A stretch of DNA of 64,000 nucleotides from Mobula hypostoma (taxonomy: Eukaryota). The stretch covers positions 17,112,001 through 17,176,000 of the forward strand of contig NC_086108.1 of assembly GCF_963921235.1 (NCBI RefSeq), in the 5' to 3' direction. Made by a program: the position numbers and the translations under genes. Positions 39,001-50,877 of this stretch are shown here, piece after piece. A model generated the notes under the pieces. It was not told the origin of the DNA and ran no database searches. It was given only the letters and a program-made list of their open reading frames with translations. Numbering within the stretch: the stretch's first letter is position 1; the number at the start of each line of letters is the position of its first letter.

Positions 39001-41275
39001 TGCTGGGGTGGCGGGGGGAAATCGGCAGGTTACGACGCGCATGCGCATTGGTGCCCGCGCAAGGCTTCATGGTCATTGCAGTCTTTTGGGTAAACAATGC
39101 ATTTGACTGCTACTCTTGTCCGTTGGCAACCCTACCCCGCCCCTCCCCCAGCCCCGGTCGGCCGGTCCGCAAGAATATTGTCAATATTAAACCGGTCCGC
39201 AGTGCAAAAAAGGTTGGGGACCCCTGGTCTAACAGATCCAATGATTCCTGGGTTCACAAGCTTCTACTGGAAGTTCATCAGGAACTTCAGCTCTGTGACA
39301 GTTCCACTGATGGTGCTAACTTAGAAATCCATGGGCCCTTTTGTCTAGGCACCTGAAGCAGAGGCTGCTTTTGCAGAGCTTAAACAACGGTTTACATCAG
39401 CTCCCATCTTGGTTTTTCCTAACCCAGACCTTCCCTTCATCGTGGAGTTGGACTCTTCAGACATCGGAGTGGGTGCAGTTTTGTCTCAACAGTCACTTTC
39501 GGATGATAAACTGCACCCATGTGCATTCTTCTCCATGCAGCTATCCCCGACAGAGGAGAACTAGAACATTGGCAGTTGGGAGCTTCTTGTGGTTAGGTTA
39601 GCTTTGGAGGAATGGCATCATTGTCCCAAGCCAAGGTGGTAGTAGCAATTCACTGGGGAATCAACACTCTTGTTTGCAAGGCCCAAGCGCAAGGGGAGAT
39701 TCCTCAGAACGGTCTTGAGTTGGCTGTTCATTCCAAGTTCTGCCCAGTCCCAGGTATTCCAATGGGAACATTCATTGAGAATGACCACTCATCCAGGGAC
39801 TGCCAGGACCCTCAGGTTGATCAAGAGGAGGTATTTGTACCTCGGAATGATGAAAGAAATTCAGCAGTATGTGCAGGCACGATAGGTGTGTGTTGGGAGC
39901 AAGGAGCCCCTGATCAGACCGCAAGGGCTCGTCCACCCCCTACCTGTTCCAGAAAAACATGGTACACATCTCCATGGACTTTGTCATGGGTCTTCTGCCA
40001 TCCAAGTGGTTATTGTCAGTTGGTTTTTGAAAGTCTGCAAGTTTATTGCCTTAGAGAAGCTATCATCTGTGGCAGAGATGGCCAAAATTATCCTGCACCA
40101 GGATTCCTGGTGGACATTGTCTTGGATCATGTTCCACAATTTCCATCATACTTCTGGAAAGCATTCCATAAGCTGATTGAGGCAACACCAAGTCTTTCGT
40201 CTGGGTTTCACCCATAGTCCAACAGCCAGATAGAGTGACCAACCAAGATTTAGAACATACTCTAAGATGCTTAGCTCCGGAAAGTCCGGATGAGTGGTGT
40301 GACTATTTGATGTGGGCAGAGGTCACCCACAACATCTGACAGCATTCAGCGCATGGATTGTCACCGCTTGAGTGCCAGTTTGGTTATTCTCCACCTCTCT
40401 TCCCGGAACAGAAGGCCGAAGCTGGGGTCCCTACAGTGGAAGATCTCATCCAACGCTGCAAGCAAAAATAGATTGGATTTTTCTGGCCTCTACCCGGAAT
40501 GCGGAGACCAAGGCAAACCATAGGAGAAGACATGGACCCGCTTTGCAGCCTGAGCAATAGGTCTGACTGTCCACTCAGGATTTGCCTCTCCAGGTGGTGT
40601 CTAGAAATTTAGTGCCCAAGTTCATTGGACCCTTCGAAGTCCTGAGAAAAGCAAACCTGGAGGCTTACACCTTGCAGCTCCCCAAGACCCTAAAGATCAA
40701 TCCCACCTTCCACATGTCTAAATTAAAACCCATCTGCACCAGCCCCTTAACCCCATTGCCACCCAGGTTTATCGATGGGGAACATGGTGAGAGGACTTTA
40801 GGACTTGTGTACTGTTTGAGATGTTCAGCAATACCTTGTGTTCTGGGAAGGATTTGGGCTTGAGGAGAGTTACTGGATGCTTGAAAGAGACATCCAGGAC
40901 TACCATCACTACCTCTCTGAGCAGCCAGGGCTGTCAGGAGTCAGCTGTAAGGGAGGGTGTCCTGTTATGAGATGCTCCCAATTGTGCCAGCTTCCGGGAT
41001 TTAGATGTTCAAACTCTCCAGACTATGGAGAGGTAGCTTTTTAATGGTTCAGGATGATCCCACTAATTGGCAATCATGTTTTGGATGGCAAGAATTGAAT
41101 AATTAAAGAGCACCTGAACTGAGGTTTGGTGCTCAATCATGAGCCCTAATAGTATTATTGTCTAGCATTTGTTTTGTGCACAGGTACAATTCAGTTTGGT
41201 ACCTTGTTTCAGTACTTGCTTCAGATGCTCCAGCATTTGGGTCCAAACCATTCTCGTCAAGGACTCTCCTCTCAC
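36046..41275 (+). mobile_element. Degenerate chromodomain Gypsy (sushi-like) LTR retrotransposon
   Basis: gag SLLTGIALTWATA, CFYCGESGH knuckle, protease FVDTGA, RT, RNase H, integrase with PKFIGPF, chromo WEGFGLEESYW; PPT then 3' LTR from 40963; partial 5' LTR 36046-36106. Confidence 0.92.
37995..39226 (+). mobile_element. Non-autonomous hAT (Charlie3/MER1-like)
   Basis: TIRs cagcggtccccaacc / ggttggggacccctg; 8-bp TSD gtctaaca at 37987-37994 and 39227-39234; hAT dimerization remnant FWIKVKAKYPKIATKALKTLLPFPT. Confidence 0.95.
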
Positions 41276-42189
41276 CTGCATATGAAATCTCCCATGACTA
41301 TTGTAACATTGCCCTTTTGACATGACTTTTCTAAGTCCCCTTGTAATTTGTAGCTCACATCCTGGCTACTGTTTGGAGGCCTATATATAACTCTCAACAG
41401 GGTGTTTTTACCTTGCAGCTTCTTAACTCTACCCACAAGGATTCTACATCTTCTGATCTTATGTCACCTCTTTCTAGTGATTTAATTTCAGTTTTTACCA
41501 ACAACCCCATGCTGTCCCCTCTGCCCACCTGCCTGTTCTTTCAATATAATGTGTATCCTTGGATGTTAAACTCCCAGCTATAATCTTCTTTCAGCCGCAA
41601 CTCAGCGATACCCACAACATCATACCTGCCAATCTCTAACTGTGCTGTGAGATCATCTACATTATTCCACATACCAAGTGCACTCAAATATAACACCTTC
41701 AGTCTTGTAAATCATCACCTTTTCGATTTTGACCCTGTTATACACTGCAACTCATCTCACTGATTGCAATTTCGCCCTATCATCTACCTGTCCTTTCTGA
41801 CAGCGTCACTACGCACTGTCTCTGCCTGTAAACCAACAGCCTTGTTGCTTTGGTTCCCCTCGCTAAATTAGTTTAAACTCTCCTCAACAGCTCTAGCAAA
41901 TCTGCCTGCAAGATATTTGTCTCCTTTGGGTTCAGGTGTAACACATCCCTTTTCATACCTTTCCCAGAAGAGATCCCAATGATCCAGAAATCTGAAACCC
42001 TGCCCCATGCACCGATTTCTCAGCCACGCATTCATCTGCCAAATTATCCTATTTTTACCCTCACTGGCATGTGACATAGGAGGTCCTGCTTTTCAGTTTT
42101 CTACCTAGCTCCCTAAATTCTCTCTACAGGATCTCCTCACTTTCCTACTTATGTCATTGGCGCCAATACGTACCAAGACTTCTGGCTGC

Positions 42190-42655
42190 GGGAATGAGAG
42201 GGTTAACATATGAGGAACGTTTGTCCGCTCTTGGACTGTATTCCTTGGAGTTTAGAAGAATGAGGGGAGACCTCATAGAAACATTTCGAATGTTAAAAGG
42301 CATGGACAGAGTGGATGTGGCAAAGTTGTTTCCCATGATGGGGGAGTCTAGTACGAGAGGGCATGACTTAAGGATTGAAGGACGCCCTTTCAGAACAGAA
42401 ATGCGAAGAAATTTTTTTAGTCAGAGGGTTGTGAATCTATGGAATTTGTTGCCACGGGCAGCAAATCATTGGGTGTATTTAAGGCAGAGGTTGATAGGTA
42501 TCTGAGTAACCAGGGCATCAAAGGTTATGGTGAGAAGGCAGGGTAGTGAGACTAAATAGGAGAAAATGGATCAGCTCATGATAAAATGGCGGAGCAGACT
42601 CGATGGGATGAATGGCCTACTTCTGCTCCTTTGTCTTATGGTCTTATGGTCTTAT
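42190..42655 (+). mobile_element. Younger CR1 3' fragment nested in older CR1
   Basis: ORF 42194-42505 GLTYEERLSALGLYSLEFRRMRGDLIE; (cttatggt)n tail. Confidence 0.9.
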
Positions 42656-44110
42656 GCTCCCCCTCCACCTTTAGAATATTGTGGACCTGATCTGAGATGT
42701 CCTTGACCCTGGCACCTCAGGTCTCTCTTTCGCATCCACAGAATCTTGTGTCTGCTCCTCTAACAGTGGAATCCCCTATTGCAATTGCAGTTCTCTTCTA
42801 CCCTGCCTTCTGAGCCACAGCAGCAGACTCGGTGGCAGAGACCCTGTTGCTGCAGAAGTCCCCCCCCCCCTCCAGTCGGTCTTCTCCATCAACAATATCC
42901 AAATGGTATACTTATTGTTGAGGGGAATGGCTACAGGGGTACTCTGTACTGGCTGTCCAATTAACTTTCCCTCTGCTGACAGTCACCCATTTTCCTGTCT
43001 CCTGCAACTTAGGGGTGACTACCTCCCTGTGGCTCCTATCTATCATCTGCTCAGTTTCCTGTATGAACCAAAGTTCCTTGACACGTTATGTGAGGAGCTG
43101 CAGCATGGTGCAGATGTGGTTATCCAGGAGGCTTGAGGTCTCCCAGAATTCCCACATCTCACTCAAAGAACACAGCACAGCACAGCCCCTGGAGCCATTC
43201 TCACTACTCTAACTATGTACTCACAGACAAAGATTGAAGAATGAATAAGAAAAAACTTCTGATATGTACCTCACCCAAGCCTATTCCCGCTGAAGCTTGA
43301 TGAGCCAAAGCCTCCCCACTCTAACACTGGTCTACTCACACAAGGGCTGCTCCATTTGGCACTGGCTTATTTTTATTTGCCCTTGTTAACGAATCACGAC
43401 TATGCGGCTGAGAAAAAAGCTGAAATCCCACAAAAGTTAAAAGCCCCTTTTATTAAATCTCTCCCCCCCCCAACCTACATGAGGCCCCTGACTGCTGATT
43501 CGACTGTGACTCCACTGCTGAATAAAGAAACATGCTTTCTACTTTTAGACAAGCTTTCAGATAGTTTCAGTACTCAAAACAGTGTCTGTGCTTATACATT
43601 CCAGGAGATACCTCTCTCCAGCACTGTTATATCCTCCTGGTTGAAACTGCCACTGCCCTTCCTTACTTCCCTTTGTTACCTTTCTAAACAATTGCCTCCA
43701 GGAAAATTCTGCTTTTTATTGAAACTCCTGAAGACAGGTGGCAGATCAACTGATGATCCCACTGGTGATAGCGCAGAGCAGTTACATCTTAGTCCAAGTG
43801 TATTTTCAATGCAATTCTTGAGCCAGGCATCATAATTCCAAGTGGTTAATTTCACCAGCAGCTTACTAACCTTGATTTATATGATTCATATGTGTATATA
43901 AATGGCACAGTAAATCCATTTTAGTCATTCTTAACTCTCTTATGATCCAGTCCTTTCCAAAAGCTTTCTGTTTTGTCTTCTAATGCTCCTTATAACTCCC
44001 AATCCTTTCTCACCATTTAATTGTACTGAACCCCCTGCCAAACAAGTTTAAACCTCTTCTCCTCACCCCCACATCACAAGCCAACCTTCCTGGAAGGATA
44101 GTCATCCTAG

Positions 44111-44276
44111 GTTTATTGATGTTCAATCTCACTGGTGCTTCAGCTGATGATAATACCTGCACTGTGGTTGACCAGGAAGTATACACATGCTTGATCCAAT
44201 ATCTTGGAAATGCTTTCTAATAGTGTGTAACATGCAGGTATCTCCGGACATTCAAAATCAAGCCCATGGATTTCAG
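44111..44276 (+). pseudogene. Possible decayed exon encoding the N-terminal part of the PDZ domain
   Basis: CAG/GTAACT phase-1 donor fits the PDZ exon; ILEMLSNSV*HAGISGHSKSSPWISG has weak positional similarity to recalled KIAA1614 sequence; contains stops. Confidence 0.3.
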
Positions 44277-44699
44277 GTAACTCCCAGCTGATTTTCGACT
44301 GAGGTTGAATAGTTGGTGCTATTTTCATTTCTAAACCATATTAGATCCTGTGTACAGTTCTTCTGTAGAATAATTACAAGTACAATGTCAAAACTGAGAC
44401 TCCTCTCCGGTTGAGCAAATATGCAATGACCTTTTATAGGTCACGAAAATGACGAAGAAATGATAGAATGAATGTTGAGAAACTATTTCCATTTAAGGGA
44501 TATCTCGACCAGTAGATATAAATGTAAGGTTTTACAAAGTAGGATATTAGTTTGTGTATATGTGATTTGTGGTGGATTAACCAGTCTTCTGGAGACTTGC
44601 TTTATTAGAGTACTGGGAAAGTATTAACCAGGGTTTGTCACCAATATTTATCACGTTTTGCTTTTGTTTTGAAGTTTCCTTAATCTACGAAGAGTACGT

Positions 44700-45215
44700 T
44701 ATGAGAACAGGCCCTTTGGCCCACAATGTTGTTCTAGATTAATTAAATACCCAACTAAACTCGTCCCTTCTGTCTACACAAGGTCCATATTCCCCCATTC
44801 TCTACGTATTTATAAACCTCTTAAACATCTCCATTGTATTTACTTCCAGCACCACTCTGGCTGCACATTCCTGGCACCAATCACTCTCTGTGTAAAATAC
44901 TTGCCCCACATATCCCACCTCACCTTAAATTTATGTCCTCTAGTATTAGACACTTCAACCTTGGGACACAGATACCAACCGTCTATCTGTTCCTCTTTTT
45001 GCTAAATCTCTGCCACTCCGGAATAAACAACTCACATTTGTCCAACCTTTCCTCATAACACATGCCCTCTAATCCAGGCAGCATTCTGGTAAACCTCTTC
45101 TGCACCCTCTCCAATGCATCCAAATCTTACCTGTAATAGGGTGACCAGAACTAAATGCAATACTCCAGATGTGGCCTAACCAGAGTTTTATAAAACTGCA
45201 ACATATTAATTCATA
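44700..45215 (-). mobile_element. CR1 3' fragment
   Basis: LYKTLVRPHLEYCI.FWSP on minus strand and CR1 3' UTR. Confidence 0.8.
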
Positions 45216-45322
45216 AACTGACAAGGTAACATCTCTAGAGAAAATCGGATTATCCAGAAGTGGATTCAAATTCAATTGAACAATTAATGTTAAGGAAAAT
45301 AAGGAACAGGAGCTTAGGAGGA

Positions 45323-45940
45323 TTACTTTACTTTACTTTACTTTATACTTTATTGTCGCCAAACAATTGATACTAGAATGTACAATCATCACAGCGATAT
45401 TTGATTCTGCGCTTCCAACTCCCTGGATTACAAATATTAAATATTAAAAATAGTAAAAATTAGTAAATATTAAAAATTTAAATTATAAATCATAAATAGA
45501 AAATAGGAAAATGGAAAGTAAGGTAGTGCAAAAAAACAGAGAGGCAGGTCCGGATATTTGGAGGGTACGGCCCAGATCCGGGTCAGGATCCATTCAGCAG
45601 TCTTATCACAGTTGGAAAGAAGCTGCTCCCAAATCTGGCCGTACAAGTCTTCAAGCTCCTGAGCCTTCTCCCGGAGGGAAGAGGGACAAAAAGTGTGTTG
45701 GCTGGGTGGGTGGTGTCCTTGATTATCCTGGCAGCACTGCTCCGACAGCGTGCGGTGTAAAGTGAGTCCACAGTTGGAAGATTGGTTTGTGTGATGTGCT
45801 GCGCTGTGTTCACGATCTTCTGCAGCCTCTTCCAGTCTTGGACAGGACAACTTCCATACCAGGTTGTGATGCACCCTAGAAGAATGCTTTCTAAGGTGCA
45901 TCTATAAAAATTAGTGAGGGTTTTAGGGGACAGGCCAAAT
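45323..45940 (-). mobile_element. Rex1/Babar 3' fragment
   Basis: AARIIKDTTHPANTLFVPLPSGRRLRS...SFFPTVIRLLN; (agtaa)n tail. Confidence 0.88.
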
Positions 45941-46789
45941 TAATGGCACCTAATGGCGACCCCTTTGCTGCATCTTCGGAAACAGCTCTATTTCCATTTT
46001 TAATATCTCTATTTTTCCCTTTCAGGGTTCTTTTGAAGACCTTGACCTGGAGCTATACGCTGACTACGGATCTTTACAGGAATGGGATGCGCTCTCAGGG
46101 TTTCATGACTGGCTGTTATTTGGCACGCCAAGGGCATGGCCCAAGAGCTCAGCTCAGCTTTGGAGGGCCGCGATCTTGTGGTCCTGCAGATGGGCGAATC
46201 AAAGGTCAATGTCCGGGTGGGAGATCGGTGTGTCATGGGAGATGGAAGATCTAAGGCTGTGTGCCCAGAGACCCGAGATCTTTGGGCACAGAGCTTGGAA
46301 AAAGTGACACAACGGACTTTTAACATTATAAATCAGTGAGTTGTTTGTTATGTCTCCCCTCCTGTCAAAACGGGGACACCTCTTGTCCTCTTATTGGGGG
46401 AGAGAGAGCCTGTGGTTTGTTGAATCGCCGGGTGAATGAGTAGTTTTTGGAGTACTGCAAGTCTGTGTCTTTATTGATGCTTTGCTGCGTGCTTGAGTGC
46501 TCAGTGGAGGGTGCTGATGCTTTTTTGCTAGTGGGGGTGGGGGGTCATTGCCTTGCTGATGCTTATGTGGGGGAGGAGGCAGCTGGGGGTGCTTTGGGGT
46601 TCTAATGTCCTAACTGTGATTCGTTCTCAGTTTTCATGGTTGTTTGTGAAGAAAAAGAATTTCAGGATGTATATTGTATACATTTCTCTGACATTAAATG
46701 TAACCTATCGAAACCTATTGAAAAATCCTTTAGGCTCATTAGTATTCTTTAAGGAAACTAGCCTGCTAACTCTACCCATTTGGCCACCA

Positions 46790-48300
46790 AGTCAGCCAGC
46801 ATCTAGAGAGGGAAATGAACAGTTGACGTTTCAGGCCAAGGCCTTCATCAGGACTGGGAAAAAAAGGGGGCAGAAACCAGAATAAGAAGGTCATGTAAGT
46901 GGGAGAAGTATAAGGTGGCAGGAGATAGTGATAACAGGTGAGGAGGAAGGAGAGTGGGTGAGATGGGGGATGATGTAAGAAGCTAGGAGGTGACAGATAG
47001 AAGTGGTAAAAGGCTGAAGGAGAAGGAACCTAATTGGAGAGGACAGTGGACTCTGGAAGTAAGGGAAGGAGGAGAGGAACCAGAGGAAAGTGATGGGCAG
47101 GTCTTGAGAGTGAGAGAGAGAGAAAAGAAGGGGTGAGAGGGTAATCAGAATGGGGAATCAAATAAGTGATAAAGGGGAATTGGGGGTGTGAAGAAAGGGA
47201 AATTCAAGATGGCGCCAAGCTGCTTTCTCTGTTGAGGTCGTGGCTCAGACAATTATACTTTTAGGTTAACAGAGATGGTATTGGAACCATAGAGGTGAAT
47301 TAGGGGTCAGGTTGGGGGTTTGGGACAGGAATATGAGGAGTGAGAAGACAGGCCTAAGTCTAGGCCTTTGCTCTGTACTCTGTGTTTGAAGGCCATTGAC
47401 AATGTGGACAAAGGATATCTGTGGACGGTTGTCAAGTTGACAGGTACAGTGGATGAAAACCAGTGAGGAAAATCCTCGTACCAAATCACCAAGTTCCCCG
47501 CAGGATTAGTGGGATTGGAGGTCTGTGCAGGTAGGAGGCATGAAGGCGAGTGATTCTCTAGGTACGCGAGGCAGCGAGCCCAAAGTTTGAAGCCTGGAAC
47601 TCAGGATCCTGTCATCAGTGAGTTGGAGTTCGGGGTCCTGTCATCTGCAGGTTCTGGTATTAATATTGAAGATTGCAGCCCAAATATCAATCTGGTCCTG
47701 AAGTGATAAATTTAAAAAATCTGAATCTGAAAGAAAAAAAAAGGGGGAGATAAAGAAATTATCGGAAGTTAGGGAAATCAATGTTCATGCCATCAGGTTG
47801 GAGGCTACCCAGACAGAATATAATGTGTTGCTCTTCCAACCTGAGTTTGGCCTCATTGCGACAGTAGAGGAGGCCATGGACTGACATGTCGGAATGGGAA
47901 TGGGAAGTGGAATTAAAATGGGTGGTCACTGGGTAATCTTACCTTTTGAGTCAGAAAGCGCAAAGCTGCTTGAGAAACACGCCCTCGAGTCTGCAACGCG
48001 TCTCACCAATGTAGAGGAGGCTGCACCAGGAGGAGCTGGACTCACAGGCGAAATGTTGTCTCACCTGGAAGGAGTTTTTGAGACCCTGTATGGTAGTGAG
48101 GGAGGAGGTGCAGGGGCATGATAGCACCTATCATGGTTGCAGGGATAAGTGCAAGGAGGAAAATCAGTGGGGAGGGATGCGTGAATAATGGAGTTATGTA
48201 GAAAGCAACCCTACAGAAAGCAGAGGTAAGTGGAGAATAGGGAGGGCAAGATTTGCCCAGTGGTATGTCCCATTAGAGATGGTGGAAGTCACTATGAATG
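46790..48300 (-). mobile_element. Degenerate Penelope-like element, interrupted at ~47200-47745
   Basis: pLTR with hammerhead; GIY-YIG C-terminus (LEEQHIIFCLGSLQPDGMNIDF) near 47760-47930. Confidence 0.85.
46820..46856 (-). ncRNA. Minimal hammerhead ribozyme motif, core intact
   Basis: Minus strand: cagtc CTGATGA aggc-cttg-gcct GAAA cGTC aactg. Confidence 0.78.
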
Positions 48301-48658
48301 ATACTATATATTCAATGGATCAGATTAAAGCAGCACAGTCAGTCATGAACAATATTGGATAATTTGATATCTAATAGGGAGACCGCATTCTTGTTCGCAC
48401 ACAAAACTGAAACATTTATTAGGAATTCAGAGCTAGTGATCCATCCTGGCTTTCACCTGAAGTCTCCATGATCACATATGTGGGTCTTCAACCAATTTGA
48501 GTCACTCCATATGATTTCAAGAGATAACTGAAACCAATGAACAATGCAAGAATTTTGGGGTTAGGTAATGTCCCAGCTGTAGTTCTGAGTACTTATACTC
48601 TAATAATTAGCTTTGCCTAGATAAGCCTTTCCTGTATTGTTATAACAATGGCATCGGC

Positions 48659-50254
48659 TGTCATGGTCCGGTCTGTGAAGTCCGTATTCCGGTTCATGGT
48701 CCGGTCCATCGACCCTTGCTCCAGGTTTTCCTGTCTACCCTGTTTCTGTTCTTGTTGAGCTCTAATTGAGGCAGCTGATTCTCGTTGGGGCTGGCTGCAT
48801 AAATACCTTCAGAGACCAGGGCATGGCTGCTGGATTGTTCTTGTCCTTACTCCTTGTATCCCTTCCTTTGCCTTCTGTTTCCTCACCTGAAGCCTTGCCG
48901 GTAACTCTTGCCTTGCCTGAAGTTCTCTTTTTGCCTTGCATTGCCTGAAGCCTTGCCTGGTCTTGCTGGTAACTCTCGCCTCGTCTCGCCTGCAGTCTTG
49001 TCCTGGAGCTACCCCGTACCTAGCTCCCTTCCTGTCTCTTGCCTCCGCCGGGTAAGTCTAGCCGTCTTGCCATTACCCTGCGGTTGATTCTGTCCCTTCC
49101 TGTTCCTTGCCTCTGTCGGGTAAGCCAGGCCATATTGCCATTACCTACGGTTGGTTCTGTCCCTTCCTGTCCCTTGTCTCCTCGGGTGGAGTTCTGCGCC
49201 CTGCCCAGGAGGAGCCTCCAGCCTCCTGCCAAGCCTCTAGCCTCCAGCCTCCTGCCAAGCCTCGCCTCTCAAGTCTCTAGCCTCCAGCCTCCTGCCAAGT
49301 CTCAAGTCTCAAGTCTCTAGCCTCCAGCCTCCTGCCAAGCCTCGCCTTAAGCCTCAAGCCTCAAGTCTCTAGCCTCCAGCCTCCAGACTCGCCTCAAGTC
49401 TCCAGTCTCCTGCCAAGCCTCCCCTCAAGTCTCAAGTCTTTAGCCTCCAGTCTCCTGCCAAGCCTCACCTCAAGCCACAAGTCTCTAGCCTCCAGTCTCC
49501 AGTCTCGCCTCAAGCCTCAAGTCTCCAGTCTCCAGTCTCCTGCCAAGCCTCACCTCTAGTCCCTAGCCTCCAGCCTCCAGTCTCCTGCCTCCTGCCAAGC
49601 CTCACCTCTATTCTCTAGTCTCTAGCCTCTAGCCTCCTGCCAAGCCTTGCCTCAAGTCTCTAGCCTCAAGCCTGAAGACTCCAGCCTCCTGCCTCCTGCC
49701 AAGCCTTGCCTCTAGTCTCTAGCCTCTAGCCTCAAGCTTGAAGACTCCAGCCTCCTGCCTCCTGCCAAGCCTCACCTCTAGTCTCTAGCCTCTAGCTTCA
49801 AGCCTGAAGACTCCAGCCTCCTGCCAAACCTCGCCTCTAGTCTCTATCCTCTAGCCTCAAGCCTGAAGACTCCAGCCTCCTGCCTCTTGCCAAACCTCGC
49901 CTCTAGTCTCTAGCCTCAAGCCTGAAGACTCCAGCCTCCTGCCTCCTGCTAAGCCTCGCCTCTGGTCTCTAGCCTCAAGCCTGAAGACTCCAGCCTTGTC
50001 CTGCCTGCCAGCCAAGCCTCATCCTTGCCTAGTGCTGGGGTCCGAGCCAGAGGCAAGACCCAGGTACTGGGTCCTTGTCCAGTCCCTGGCTTGGAGTCCA
50101 AGCCCGGGCTCCTAGCTCTCTTGTTCGGTCCTGTTCTGGGTTCTCGGTTTTTGTGTGCATGTCCTTGCCCCCACCGTGTATCCTAGTCCTGTCCCTAGTA
50201 CTTCAGTGTCTGTGTCTTGCACTTGGGTCCGTTCTTAGCCACCCCCTTATGACA
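48659..50254 (+). mobile_element. Solo Gypsy-type LTR enlarged by internal tandem repeat
   Basis: TGTCAT...ATGACA termini; imperfect 5-bp TSD tcggc/tctgc; cataaatac TATA-like box; subterminal gcacttgggtcc similar to the Gypsy LTR at 41233. Confidence 0.8.
49215..50010. repeat. Modular minisatellite built from 7-mers
   Basis: gcctcca / gtctcta / gcctcaa / gcctcct modules grouped into variable ~35-60-bp units. Confidence 0.9.
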
Positions 50255-50877
50255 TCTGCAGGACAACCTCAAGCAGTATTTTACAACAGTCAGACACAGC
50301 CTGCTGTCTTACTGACATTAAAATCAACTCTTACTAAGTGCATTAGTGGCACGATGTGTCTCCACCAAATTACAACCCAATTACTTCCCCAGCCTAGAAT
50401 AATACTGGGGGATTTGTGGAGAAAGAACTTTTCCCAAACCTACATACTGATCACTGGGTGGTTCTGTAGAACATCATTCTATTTTTCAACCTGCCAGCTG
50501 GTCCAGATTCTAGCCCTTCATGCAGATATGGCACAGTCCATAGTGGGACAACCTAGGGGAATTTCCAGGCTTTCCGACCTTCTCCACAGCAAGGACCAGA
50601 TTTCCAGTGTAAGGCTGCGCAAATAAAGTTCACAGAAGCAACAGGGCAAGCAAAGTCTCCAGAGGAAGCATAATGCTCAATAATCAGTACATTGACTGTA
50701 GAATGAGTATGGTTTGTTTCCTAAAATGTCATTTGTTTAATTTTATTTATCTATTTGTTAATAAGAACTTGCAGCTATAGCTGTAATGGTCCAAAGTTAT
50801 TGACCTTTCATTAGACTTTTTCACTTTTCAATTCTGTAACTATCTTGGTATTTAAGCCCTTAAAGATGAAAACACTA

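Larger units (their letters stand above)
34370..43200 (-). mobile_element. CR1 LINE pieces (3' end/RT ~34370-35925; APE and esterase ORF1 ~41275-43200), interrupted and internally deleted
   Basis: (accataag) tail; RT motifs; GNVTIVMGDF; ORF1 MNAWLRNRCMGQGFRFLDHWDLFW; may be one or two elements. Confidence 0.8.

Noticed and set aside
43356..43835. 159-aa ORF
   Set aside because: Starts at TTG, overlaps probable CR1 5' UTR, and has no recognisable domain.
50075..50626. 183-aa ORF
   Set aside because: Crosses the LTR boundary into flanking DNA; no domain or convincing splice pair.
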